Source of the DNA: Phoronis australis
Lineage: Eukaryota > Animalia > Phoronida
Assembly (NCBI GenBank): GCA_002633005.1
Contig: NMRA01000430.1
Location: 62,001 to 126,000, forward strand
Direction of reading: 5' to 3'
DNA: 64,000 nt
The notes under the pieces are model-generated. The model had not been told where the DNA came from, made no database searches, and worked only from the letters and a program-made list of their open reading frames with translations. The position numbers were made by a program, and so were the translations under genes. The number at the start of each line of letters is the position of its first letter. Position 1 is the first letter of the stretch. Positions 50,399-62,344 of the stretch are shown piece by piece.

Positions 50399-52077
50399 TT
50401 AAATGCATTTTACAAACTAAAAATGTGAATAAAAAAGCAAAATGTCAGCTTTTCCGTACATGGTAGTCCAAAGTAGTCAGTGTTTTCTCGAGTACGTAAT
50501 CGCTTATTTTTTTTGCTAAGAGTGTGCGTTTTACAGTGCTTGCATGGTGCCAAATGCAGCAGTAATGGTCTGTTTTTCAATCTAAACTTAAATCTGTTGG
50601 CCTGATCTTTCACAACATTGTAACTCACAACTGTTGGACAGTGTTCAACGTAGATAGATTACACACTACTTTACAGATCCAACAAATTTCACTTGCTCAA
50701 CGACTGTTTATTAACATTGAACCAAATTACTACAAAGCTAGTTTTTGTGTACTGTGGAATTTCATCAATTTTGGACACAGTATGACAAACGCATGAAATT
50801 TTATTTTCTCATTTCCATACGTTATGAAGCACCAAGTTAAATACCGTTCCATGTTCATATTCTGTACTGTAGCTGCCATCAGACAATGATTTTGAAAATA
50901 AATTGTGAATATTCGCAGCAATGTTACATATCTTGAAAAAGTACAATTTTTGCGAATTATTTTTGTCTAAATTTCATGATATTTTATAGTACATACATTT
51001 TTTCAATGAGGTTTTCCTCTTTGGCAACCATTTAGAAGAGAAGTTGTCAATCATGGAATGAACAGGATATGACTGTGAAGTATTTTGAACTTATCAACCT
51101 TAAGTTGACGTTAAATAGAAATCCTGTGAAAGTCATAGCTCTGCAGTTAACCTCAAGTGGCATTTCAAGATAATAAGCTGCTTTTATGACAGCTAGACAT
51201 TGCAGGCGGCACAAAATGTGAGTCCAAAGCAAAACAAAATGTGTTAATAGAATTTTTACTTTAACATGGAAGAATTACAAATTGCCCTTTCACGGAGTCT
51301 TCGTGTGATTCTTGTTGGTTTAGGTCTTGCACTGACTCTGGTCAAACTTCTCAGGGAAAAGCCTTATTTAGAATAAATGAGCAATGCCAATCAAGTTGGT
51401 TTGAGATCTGACTAATCTGAGAATTGCTGTATGTGGCCAGCAGGTTGTACAGTGTGTGTAATACTGGCTTTGTGGACTCGCACGATTTCTCGAGAATGTG
51501 CTTTCCTAGCAATAAAACTTTATTTTGCACTCTCACCTACATGAAAAATACTGTCCGTAAAGAGTGAAAATGTACTTTGATACACATTGTACACTAACTG
51601 ATTTGTAATAATTTGAACGTACGTAATGGAAAGAGAGTGAAAATTACCCGTTTCTTGCAATGAACATTGTGGGAAGATAACGCCTGCATGATGTGGCGGT
51701 GGTCCCCAACTTCACATGGAAGTTGTGACAAAACATATCACTGACTATCAACTTCGTTTCACAATACTTGCTGCTAAACTATAGATAGTTACCGTTTGGT
51801 TCACATGCCTGCACACCTGACTAGTATGTAAATGCTTCATTGAGGTAAACCACCCTGTGAGTCATCTTTCGTCAAATAACTTTTTAACTTTCGATGTTAA
51901 CCCCCTGAAACTGTTGTTTCTTTTATCAAAATTTGAAAGAAAGTCTCAATCAATGTTCCATTCCTTTTTAAAATCCCCATTTTTGTTTTACACTTGAATT
52001 TTGAATTCTTGGATTGAAAATTTCATCAAAAACAATAGAAACTTTCATTTCAAAAAGCATGCTGCACTTGTCTTTGA

Positions 52078-52222
52078 CCTGTTATTAGACTGTATTAACC
52101 TGGTGTTAGATCATGTTAACCTGGTAGTAGGCTGTACCTGGTGTTAGACTGTATTAATTTGTTGTTAGACTGTATTAACCTGTTGATAGACTGTATTAAC
52201 CTGTTGTTTCTGTTGTATTAAC
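52078..52222. repeat. About 21-bp degenerate tandem repeat (CCTGTTGTTAGACTGTATTAA)
   Basis: About 6-7 visible copies. Confidence 0.8.
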
Positions 52223-52488
52223 AAGTACTGTCATGGTCATGCTATGTGCTGGAAGTTGTCACCAGCCAGGCCGCGTTAATAAATGTCTCCGACATGCATT
52301 TTGTGACATGTATGACATATTAGTGTTTTTCGCACTATTACCGGGTATAAATGTGTAATAGGCAGTTGAAGTAGTTCATTCGTAATGAAACAGCTTTTAA
52401 TCAATGATGTTTACGATGGTGTACTTCTTAGTCCTCTCCATTTCATAGGGCTGTTCTGTCAATTGAACACACCTATATTCTGTTCCAG

Positions 52489-52573
52489 TTGCTGGACACC
52501 CTCCCAATATGCCGCGATTTTAAAGCTGGCCAGTGCACGAGGCCACAGTGCAAGTATGTGCACCTTGTAGAGG
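52489..52573 (+). CDS. MBNL: Muscleblind dual-frame exon: ZnF5 (LLDTLPICRDFKAGQCTRPQCKYVHLVE) or the terminal peptide FAGHPPNMPRF*
   Basis: Acceptor ttccag, donor G|gtaagt, 85 nt. CX7CX4CX3H in phase 0; stop at 52521-52523 when entered in phase 1. Confidence 0.92.
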
Positions 52574-52685
52574 GTAAGTGTTGCTTTACCATGTGACCTT
52601 TCATTTTCAGGAAGTGACCTTTCACTGGAAGGTTGTATCATTGGATCATATCTCCATAGGTTTACTGTTTGCTTAGTCATTGTGT

Positions 52686-52800
52686 TATGTTTCACAGTGT
52701 GATATTTCACCGTGTGATATTTCACTGTGTGATGTTTCACTGTGTGATGCTTCACTGTGTGATGCCTCATTGTGTGACACTACACTTTGCGATGTTTCAC
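52686..52800. repeat. 15-bp tandem repeat (TGTGTGATGTTTCAC)
   Basis: About 7 copies; explains the HHTVK repeat ORF. Confidence 0.9.
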
Positions 52801-53249
52801 CTGTTAAACTGTGAATATGGATTAGATTGGAGTGAACAGACTACTTGTCTAAGTGTCTGTACGTTGTATTAACTCCCTGCTCCTGACTGCACCATCCTGC
52901 CAACAGGTGTCACTTAGTCATATTTTGATGTGCCTTTTACATGAATTCCTATGAGCCTCTTCTAGGAATTCATTTGAATGATGGTTTGTATAATTTATCA
53001 TGCAAGGTTTTACATCAATGGTGATATAATTATTGATTTCTTATCACTGAGCAATGACAAATGATCAAAAGAGGTTTTTCGTGAATGAAGCGGTAAATGA
53101 TAATCATTTATCTTCAGCCTGATGCATATTCAAGTCGACCAAAATAGGGCATAATATGATTCAGCCAGCACTATTCATAGAAATAATTAGTTTGAAAACA
53201 TTGAATTTCATTCGCACGTCACTGGTCAGGTGGTTGTTGTCTTTTCTAG

Positions 53250-53359
53250 AATATGTTGAAATCACAGATGGAAAGGTAACAGTATGTCGTGACGCCGTCA
53301 AGGGGAAGTGTGTGCGGCCATTGTGCAAGTACTACCATATCCCTTTGGTGATCCCATAA
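53250..53359 (+). CDS. MBNL: Muscleblind last coding exon (ZnF6), EYVEITDGKVTVCRDAVKGKCVRPLCKYYHIPLVIP*
   Basis: Acceptor ttttctag, phase 1 entry, CX7CX4CX3H, TAA at 53357-53359. AATAAA at 53526. Confidence 0.93.
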
Positions 53360-53842
53360 CTCCAGTGCTCTCATCCAGTGTGCCATATGATTGTTTTATA
53401 CCTGACAGGTGTCACCTGACATCTATCTGTCACTCAACATAGTGCTCTATTAATTAAACTGACTATATAGCTATTTTAATCAATTTTGTTCAAGTTTTGT
53501 TTGCATGGATTCTTTGATAACTTGAAATAAAACATTTTTGTGGTGAGAAGTGCAATCTCCCAATATAGAGTGCCATATTTTGTATATCACATTTTGATAC
53601 AAAATTGTTTACAGTTGGTGTTACACCATGGTTGGAGTCCATGCATTCAGCACATGAAAATAGTTGTAGCCTATTGATTATAAACTTTTTGTGTATAGTA
53701 CGTTTTGGTTAAAGTAGTTTTTAATTGTGTATGTTATTATTCCCAGAGGTGCCCCCAAAACTAAGAAAGTCCCACAATATGGCTGTTTTTATTTCCAAAT
53801 ATCATGTTGATCATCGTTTGCCATATCCACATTTGAAGCCTT

Positions 53843-54045
53843 ATTCTTGTTCACAGATGAAAGGGTTTTGTCCAGTCTTGTTCACTGTTGAACAGGCTTT
53901 TGTTAATTCTTATTGATATTTGAGCAAGCTTTGTTCATTCTTGTTCACAGGTGAACAGACTTTGTTCATCCTGGTTCACAGTTGAACGGGCTTTGTTCAT
54001 TCTTGTTCATAGTAGAACAAGTTTTGTTCATTCTTGTTCACAGTG
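53843..54045. repeat. Degenerate, roughly 31-bp tandem repeat (TTCTTGTTCACAGTTGAACAGGCTTTGTTCA-like)
   Basis: About 6 visible copies; each has an internal TGTTCA/TGAACA inverted pair. Confidence 0.8.
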
Positions 54046-55313
54046 CTTTGAATCAGCTTACAGGTCATGCATGGTGTGATGTCTGCTGTGCCTGTGATTA
54101 GCAACTTGACTGTCGCACTTGAATCCTAATTTATCTGTTATCCACCTGTAGCAAGTTTATTCTCTTACAATCTTTGGGGACAATTTTTACGTCAAGTCAG
54201 TTTTTAAAGTTTCTGACCTACCACATTATTTTATTTCGTATAATTTAGAATTTTCAAGTTTTGTGTTATTTTTTGGTTGTCCTTTTTGTAGTGTATTGTT
54301 ACAGTCAACCATTTTATTCACAGGTTGTTCAGACTCTCACTGGCTGTATTGTCTGAAGTGGACTAGTCAGTGAGTTGCATACAAACAAAGCTGTCTCACA
54401 ATATAATTATAGTATTCACAATGCTGTGACAAGGAGGGCATTCAACAACGCTGGTTATGCGTGGCACTCGTTGAGAATTGTTGGGTTAGTCAACACACTT
54501 GGTGGCCGCTGTTGCTGCGTTGTCCTCTTCCAAAATTCAACGCTTCACAGTAGCCAACTCGGGCCTGTAAATTTTTAAATCTACTTAAAGTAGCTACATT
54601 TATAAAATGTTACGAACTTTGAGCATTTAGTTCTCTTTAAATTCAGTTGAAAGTAAAAAACTTTGAAGTTATCAGCATTTTTGAAGTGTGATTCCCAAAG
54701 TTTGGGCACAAAAATCTAATAAGTGACCAAAATAGTCGAGAGCGCATGGTTCGACCAATAAGTCATATCATGCTGGTAACAATTGTAATGAAAAAAAATA
54801 TTGACTGCAATATGTATCATAACATGACAAGCTGAGTCGTTAATGGGCGCTTTTTAGTTGTTAATGATTTCAAACTAAAATTTGTTGTTTTTGGATTTAC
54901 CATGCCATCTTTTGATTGAAGTTAAACTTTCCAAATTCTTGGAAGTCATTCAAGTTATAACTTGCAAAATACAAGTTTTCGAGGTGAAAGTTTCAGATCA
55001 TGTGCCAAACTGGTTGTCAGCCCTGACAATCACATTCACATTTTGATGGTGTTGGCTAGCATAGCTGTAAGCTTACTCGCGAAACACTGGCAAGATGTTG
55101 CATTACACACGTGTGATCTCACGAGACTCACAAGGCACTTGCCTTGTTGAACGCTGTCCTCGTTTTGTTTACGGTAACAAAAGGTACTGTTATATCATTG
55201 TTGGAATGCTGCTCGGTGGGGAATTACTTGTAATTAATTATTCAATACGGAGTGACCTTTAGTGAAGCTGTAGACTGCAGCAGAATGATGGCAGCTAGTC
55301 ATTGGTTAATAGA

Positions 55314-55490
55314 TATCTTGAGTTGGTAGCCATCTTGAGTTGGTAGCCATCTTGAGTTGGTAGCCATCTTGAGTTGGTAGCCATCTTGAGTTGGTAGCCA
55401 TCTTGAGTTGGTAGCCATCTTGAGTTGGTAGCCATCTTGAGTTGGTAGCCATCTTGAGTTGGTAGCCATCTTGAGTAGGTAGCCATCTTG
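55314..55490. repeat. 17-bp near-perfect minisatellite (ATCTTGAGTTGGTAGCC), about 10 copies
   Basis: Visible directly. Confidence 0.97.
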
Positions 55491-56752
55491 GTCGGTCTCA
55501 ATTCTTGTGTTAGGTTATACTTACTACATATTGTTTTACAATCCATGAAAATACTTTGTGTGATTTACTTTTAAAATTGTTCTGTTTGTGATGCCATGAA
55601 GCTAATCAGTTTGGCGACCCTCAATTTGACCTTGGATTGAAAACGATGGCAAGTCTGTGTCAAACACAATATGCCAAATCTGTTATTGTTGAAGAATATT
55701 CTGAACTGAACATGAAATGTTCGTCTGTCAAGTTATGTTGGAACATTGCCCTCGCTTGGCTTTAGTCCACTGTGCTTGTAGCCGGCCATCTAGACACTGC
55801 AACAGTCTTTGGTGAATGCTTTTTGTTTGTGCAAGATTGGTTGAAAATCTTTGCCGTTTTGCTTGAGAGTCACCGTCTCTGGCAGCAAAATCTCCAAATG
55901 CCTCCAGGATGCACATTTTAACTTGCCATTCTCTGCTTCTTATTTTAAGTGTTTTTCAACATCAAGATGCTTCGTCAGTATTTGCCATGATTGTACATTA
56001 TTTTACCTTTACCCTCCACTTTTAATCAGCTATTATGTATAGTTGTTAATAACAGCTTGGCTTTACGCATATTATATAATTCACTCATTTTATCACTTCT
56101 GCTTGCTGGTTCTGCTGTACAGTGAACATATACTATTTGACTTGAATGGCTGAATAAATGCTTTATGTGAGTATAATCTACCATGTTGTCTTCTTCTCCT
56201 CCGCCACTGCACAGCTTCTGCTGCTGACTCTCATCAGCCTAGGCTAGCAACCATGCCCTGTCAATCACTGGTTGCCTTGGTTACTGCCTACTCTATTGTG
56301 CTAGGCTAGCAACCGTGGGTGTCAACAAGTGATTGCCTTGGTTACTGCCAAGCTGCTTTGGGGTGTCAACCACTGGTTGCCATAGTTACTGCTGACCCCC
56401 ATTATATGCTAGGCTAGTTGCCATGGGTTACCAATGATTGATTGCCTTAGTTATCTGCACTGTCCTCATGCTTGCACTTTTCAAGTGGCTTTTCATTCAT
56501 TTAGTTCTGTCTTATGTCGACTACTGTTATATTCAAGGCTACACCAGGCTAAAACTGCGCTGTTGCCACAGGTCCTAGGGTCCTACCATATGCAGTGTTC
56601 ACTGACATTTGCTGTATTTGTCCTCTAATCATGGCTGTTTATGTGAAAGTTGCTTGTCACTGTGAAACGTGGGTGGTGCTTAAATTTGACAGGAATTTTG
56701 ATTTTTTTGGCATTTTTAAATTAAAGCGTCAATCCCACAGTTGAACTACATG

Positions 56753-56994
56753 GGCCGGTGCCATTGTATCAAAGGTCGTATGTCTAATCATAGCTAAGGC
56801 GACTGTTGGCAAGTTTTTGAGATATTGGCGCTGCAGTTGTGCAGGAGTGAAACGATTACTACATAATCGAAGTAAACTTTCAATCAAAAAGAATACCTTT
56901 GTAAATCATGCTAATGAATTGTTTACCACTAAAAATTTGAGATATGACTGTCTTAGCTAAGACTAGACTTGTGACCTTTGACAGCTTGGAGCCC
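56753..56994. mobile_element. Short MITE-like inverted-repeat element
   Basis: TCAAAGGTCGTATGTCTAATCATAGCTAAG versus the reverse-complemented right arm TCAAAGGTCACAAGTCTAGTCTTAGCTAAG. Confidence 0.55.
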
Positions 56995-58821
56995 ATGTGC
57001 TGAAACTCAGTTCCTTTGATCTAATGAAGTGTATGTCTTTTTGTTCATCCACTTTTATAGTATGTGGCTTTCACAAAGCAGCGCTGAGTTTTCAGTGACG
57101 AGCTAATGTTCCGCTGATCTCTTGTACGCGCCTCATTAACTAGTGGAGCATCCTTCCTACCTTTTGACGAACTGGTAAAAAATCTTGCTAATGATTTCCC
57201 AAAACTATCAAAGCATTCAAGGGAAACTGGGACCATGTGAACAAAGTGAATCCATCCACATCACTGCAGGCAGTTAGCCATGGTCACTTGACCAGCCCAG
57301 CAGTAGACTGATTGGTTAGTCCAGGTGATGCCACTGTCCACTGAACTAGTTTTATTCATACTTTCTTTAAGTTTTACTTTGCTTCTCTTTTACAAGAAAT
57401 GAATTTCTACAATATTTTTACATTATAGTGGTTTTGGAGCTGTGTATGTGTGCTATCTTTAGTACTTTTGCGAGAAAGGTCAAGCTAACACCCTGTGTAG
57501 AAAGATTAGTTTAAACAATCACCAAGCATTTTCTGTTTCAAATTTATAACTGATTGTGTACAGTGGTTATGAGCAGTTTTGTAAAATTTGTGTTTAGTAG
57601 AGACTAGCTATAGCAGCTTGATACGGGGAGGAAGTCAAATAACATGGCATTCTAATCTCCAACACAAAAGCTGCAGCTTCTGTTTACTAACAAAACTGCC
57701 ATGACCACAGATAGCAAAATAACGAATCTAGTCCAATTGTGTGTCCGGTGCTAAGCACTACACATTGTTAGGTTATTGTTGTTGTTTGTTTTTCGAAGAC
57801 AAATTTGTCTCTTTATATATATGTATATGTTCTTGTAACAATTTTGGATTATATATAATGATGAAGCATAGTCTTAATAGTAAATATTTTAACAAATTAT
57901 ACGTTTGGGTGGTGTACTACTTAATATTCCACTTTTTGCAAGGCAAATCATTCGTCCAATCACACGACACTTTCTACTTGACGTTATTAGTGCATGCAAA
58001 CGATCTCAGTTATGACACAAAATGGTTAAAACTACATTTCCACTTGGTTTAGCTGTCGCCAAAAATGAAATTGCAAACTAAGGCTATTGACTTTGCAGTG
58101 GGTTGACAGGATGTGCCACTTTAAGTGATCTGTGGAACAAAGGCAAGATATTAAAAGTATCTTTGTTCGAGCATGATGTAAATATTTGCTCCATTACTAC
58201 TTCCTCTTATTTAGTGCCATGGTGGGACTACTTTCATCCATGGGTTGCCAGGAGGTGTAAGGACTCGTCCATACTTGGGGCAATTATCGAACAAAAAGCC
58301 AAATTGCTTGGAGTTGTAAACAATACAAGTACGTCATGGTTAAGCTGGCAGACGTTGAACTGTTTACTTATTGCTAGGCTATTGAACACAACAAGTACGA
58401 CTGGGCAAGAGAAATTCATAGTCGGCCTTTCGGTTATAATATTTTTAATTGTTTTTACAAGTATAATTGTCAGACACACTGTCCATGTTGTGAAAGCACA
58501 TTGTTTGTGAAAAGGTTTTAACACTCATGTCTAGTTTGGAAAGCATAAAAGACACCTTAAACAGTTTTAACTCAAATTTATATTTTGCCTACCAAATTTT
58601 ACATGAAGTTACAAAGGCTCCATTGTATAGATATTTAAAAAACAAATTAAAACTTTATAACACAGCAACTTTTACAAAATAAATATAAACATAGAAGGCG
58701 CAGTCAATAGTCTCAGTTATGAAGACAGAGTCGGCCACAACGCTCCCATCTTCCTTTAGGGTGACGTTGCAGTTGGTTGTTTCCGTAGAAATATTATCAG
58801 CATGCAGTCCGACATTAACTC

Positions 58822-58911
58822 CTACTTCTTCCCTGCTCCTGAGGGACGCTCTCTCTCCTTTTGATATTCCATTTCAATTTTCTGAGTAATCTTTTCCCAG
58901 TCAATTTCAAC
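58822..58911 (-). CDS. IFT80: IFT80 last coding exon, VEIDWEKITQKIEMEYQKERERPSGAGKK*
   Basis: Acceptor ttttaatag, 90 nt to TAG. IDWEKIxxKIEME...KERE matches the IFT80 C-terminus. Confidence 0.93.
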   Translation of the reverse strand, partial: VEIDWEKITQKIEMEYQKERERPSGAGKK

Positions 58912-59283
58912 CTATTAAAATAACCAGATATCTAAAATATTGGACATCTGGAGAGTCAACACAAAGTCCATGTAAACAAAGATAAATTTTAGATATGGGC
59001 TCATGATTAAACATCCCAAAATAATGATGTGAGAAATCCTGGATGGTTTATGATTGGACAATGAAAAGGTGTGTTGACAGTGTCTAGATTGAGGTGTGGC
59101 AAGATGATTTCTGAGTATTAATACACTTATGCACCATGAAACTGTACCTTGTAGTTAGATTGAGAAGTCTGTCAAGATGACTCCACCATGAAAATGTACA
59201 CTGACACTGTCCAGTTAGATTAAGAGGCCTGGAAAGATGATTTCTGAGTACAAATGTACTTATCCATCAATGAAAATGTTTAC

Positions 59284-59407
59284 CTGATCAGAGTACTGCT
59301 GAAACTTTTTACTCTTTTCTTTTTTATCAAAATCTTCCAAGTATTTCTGTCTGTATGCCAACACTGTATCCACATGAGTCTTATGTTTGATACTCAACTC
59401 CAACGCT
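59284..59407 (-). CDS. IFT80: IFT80 exon, [42 protein letters not shown]
   Basis: [13 protein letters not shown] signature; AG/GT bounded, phase 2/0. Confidence 0.96.
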
Positions 59408-60274
59408 CTACAATAAATGGACAAACCATTGAAAAGGTGAGATGTCACTAAGCAACGGGTGGGGGTGAAAATCTGGGACCCGTTCCGAAACGCAAACCAT
59501 GCAAGAGACACATATAGCGTGATATCTCCGCTTATGCAACAGAAACAGAGTTTCCCTTCCCATATTTCAGCAGCCACTTTGGCAGTATATAGCTTACTTG
59601 TGAAGGGGACCTTGTTTTTCACTAGTGTGACCTTGCACAACTAGCAGGACAGTAGTCGTACAGAATGCGTCCTTGGAGTAGGTGGGAAACCTACCACGCT
59701 ACCAGTCAGCGCCCCCTTGCCTAATGTTGCTCATGAGGACGTGGGAAATGTACCACAATTCCAGTCTTCTTCTCCTGTTCTAATGTCGTAAACAATTCTA
59801 GCACATTTATCAACCGTCATTGAAACTGTTACATTTTCCCTTTTTGTTTTAAGTCGGCCACTTTTGGAAGTCCCTCACCTCCGCGAGAAGTAGACCACAG
59901 TACGTTATAAACTGACCTCTGACCTACAAACAGTTAATAATCTAACGTCTGCACTAACTAATGTGACCTATAAACAGCCTGAGCACCAGTGATAGAAAGA
60001 AGAGAGAGTGATTCTACAGTAATTTTGCTACAGAATTAAGCAATTGAAATTTTTTGATTTTGCCACAGCTGACTCCCTTCCTACAAATAACTAGACACTT
60101 ACTTACAGTACAAACTCGTCAATTTAGGACATGATATGGCAGACTAGTGAAATTTTGATGAGAAACTTGACAACAAAGACTGTACTCATCTGCACCACAT
60201 TGTGCCAGGAAGAATTGCTGTACTGTTGTGTAAAAAAGATTCAATGGCGTTTCTGGAACACATAGTTTACTTAC

Positions 60275-60447
60275 CTATCCCAGTTATACAGTTCGATATT
60301 CATCATAATCGCCCTAAAGATGAGGCCAGCCTGAAGCAGTGTGCCCTCGGCATCTTGAGAGCTGCCACAGAAGAGAGCCATGGCCGCCGTGCGCGCCTCC
60401 TTCACAGGCAGGTCTTTAATGTGGGAGATAAACTGAACCTTGTCTGC
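60275..60447 (-). CDS. IFT80: IFT80 exon, ADKVQFISHIKDLP...DAEGTLLQAGLIFRAIMMNIELYNWDR
   Basis: 173 nt, acceptor tgtgtag, donor gtaagt, phase 0/2. Confidence 0.95.
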
Positions 60448-60791
60448 CTACACAGGGAAGAATAGACTAAATTATTAGAATTTAATATTGTAACAAACAT
60501 AGTTTTAAGCCTGGAAAGGCAATCATCAGCAATTATAATTACAATCTTCATGCTTTATAAACAAACTTTTCGTAAATTCTTCAGAACATGAATGAGTTGG
60601 ATAGAGAAGATTTTCTCTGAGTTACACGAAAAATACTACGTCAGGTAACCGACGCGAGGTGTTCACGTCCGCATCACATTCAGGACAGGACACAAAATGA
60701 CACCACTCATAACTGAGTGAGCAATATATGTATGCATTGCAGTTCTCATGTTTTGTAATAGTAATATTGCAACATTAACAAACCCACAAAC

Positions 60792-60881
60792 CTCGTTTAT
60801 TGCAGCATAAGACACCTCAGCTGTGTTGAGTTCTTTAGCATAAGAAGACATGGCTGCCAAACATGACCAGAGACTATTGTC
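60792..60881 (-). CDS. IFT80: IFT80 exon, DNSLWSCLAAMSSYAKELNTAEVSYAAINE
   Basis: 90 nt, phase 0/0; WxCLAAM...TAExxYAAI motif. Confidence 0.94.
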
Positions 60882-61240
60882 CTACAATATCAAACAAATC
60901 CACTCTGAATATCGCATGTAGGATAAACAACTTTACAGTGAAAACAAAGATGGTGAGTGGACAATGGTCTTTAACAAATAATTTTTGAGTACTAAATTTA
61001 CTTGAGGTTAGTTCGTCACCTATCAAGTCATGGGTTTAATAAAACCTGTTTTAGTAAATGACATGTAGAATACGTATAAATAAATACCCTTGACTCTTTG
61101 ACCTAGGAAAGCTACACAATAGCATTACAGAAATGCAATGTGAACAAGTGGAGAGTTAAAAACATTCAATTGTTCACTACAACTGTTCACTATTAAAACA
61201 GAATTTTTACCTAGTAATGTCATATTTCTTCAATTCTTAC

Positions 61241-61412
61241 CTTTACAAATCTACAAAGTCTGACAGCGTCATCCCAGCGTGACACATTGACATAGGAATG
61301 AAGTATTCCAGGGTAAGGGGAAATCCCACTGGACACTAATGACCCTTCTGATCGCCGCACATTCACATGGTTGCCATGGAAACTTAACAAGCAAGGATTT
61401 TTACCAAACTCG
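61241..61412 (-). CDS. IFT80: IFT80 exon, [26 protein letters not shown]...SPYPGILH...[12 protein letters not shown]
   Basis: 172 nt, phase 2/0; AVRLCRFVK signature. Confidence 0.96.
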
Positions 61413-61444
61413 CTGAAACAGAAGAAATGACTTTGTGTTCATGT

Positions 61445-61735
61445 GACTGATCTTTGAATCAACATTAGTGTGAATCTGGGCGAACTTTGAATCAACATTA
61501 GAGTGAAATTGAGCGAAGTTTGAATCAACATTTGTGTGAATCTGAGTGAATCTTGAATCAAATTTAGTGTGAAACTGAGCGAACTTTGAATCAACATTTG
61601 TGTGAATTTGAGTGAACTTTGAATCAACATTTGTGTGAATTTGAGTGAACCTTGAATCAATATTATTGTGAATATGAGTGAAATTTGAATCAACATTTGA
61701 CGTGTGAATGTGAGCGAAAATTGAATCAATATTTG
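61445..61735. repeat. 33-bp intronic minisatellite (TTTGAATCAACATTTGTGTGAATTTGAGTGAAC), about 9 copies
   Basis: Visible directly; explains the MLIQxSLxFT repeat ORF. Confidence 0.92.
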
Positions 61736-62196
61736 CATGTTCTTGCAGAGAAGATAGTAAATGAGAATATTCTGAACTTTTTCAAACGCTAACAAATTGC
61801 ATAAACACGACGTCTGAATATTTATTTTGTGACAAAACCAACAATTTGTCAGTTAACACTGGGATTTCAGGTAATCTTTCACTTGCTGTCAGGTTGGTAA
61901 TAATTTGATTAGCTTCAAGTCCACTGCTGTGTAGTAATGGTTTAACCATCATTTCAAAAACATGCAAAAGGTCTGGACAGCAGACACAAAAAGAACCTAG
62001 TAAGCAAACAGTGTTGTTTAAACAATCTCTACTTTCAACTTGTCCTTTTCCTGTTTGTAAGGAGACATCCTTGACTATCTCTGTTTTTATCAAAAACCAA
62101 CCTGAGATTGTAAAACACAGGTCAACTCTAAGTAAGTATGTCGTTCAAGGAATGCTAGTGAACTGTTCCACTTGATTATCTCAAAAATTCATTTAC

Positions 62197-62344
62197 CTGG
62201 CGTCTTTCTCATGCGTCGTTCTCTGAAGTAAATCACGGTCAGAAAAGATGACGTTGGGATAGAACCACACAATGAATTTACCATCGGCTAAAGCAGCAAG
62301 CATGTTGCATTCGTCATTCCAAGCCAGAGATTGGATCATTGTCG
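62197..62344 (-). CDS. IFT80: IFT80 exon, TMIQSLAWNDECNMLAALADGKFIVWFYPNVIFSDRDLLQRTTHEKDAS
   Basis: 148 nt, phase 1/2; LAWND...VWxYPN motif. Confidence 0.95.

Noticed and set aside
59095-59280. Short degenerate duplication (AAGATGATTTCTGAGTA, CCATGAAA) in the last IFT80 intron
   Set aside because: Ordinary local duplication with no coding or structural signal.
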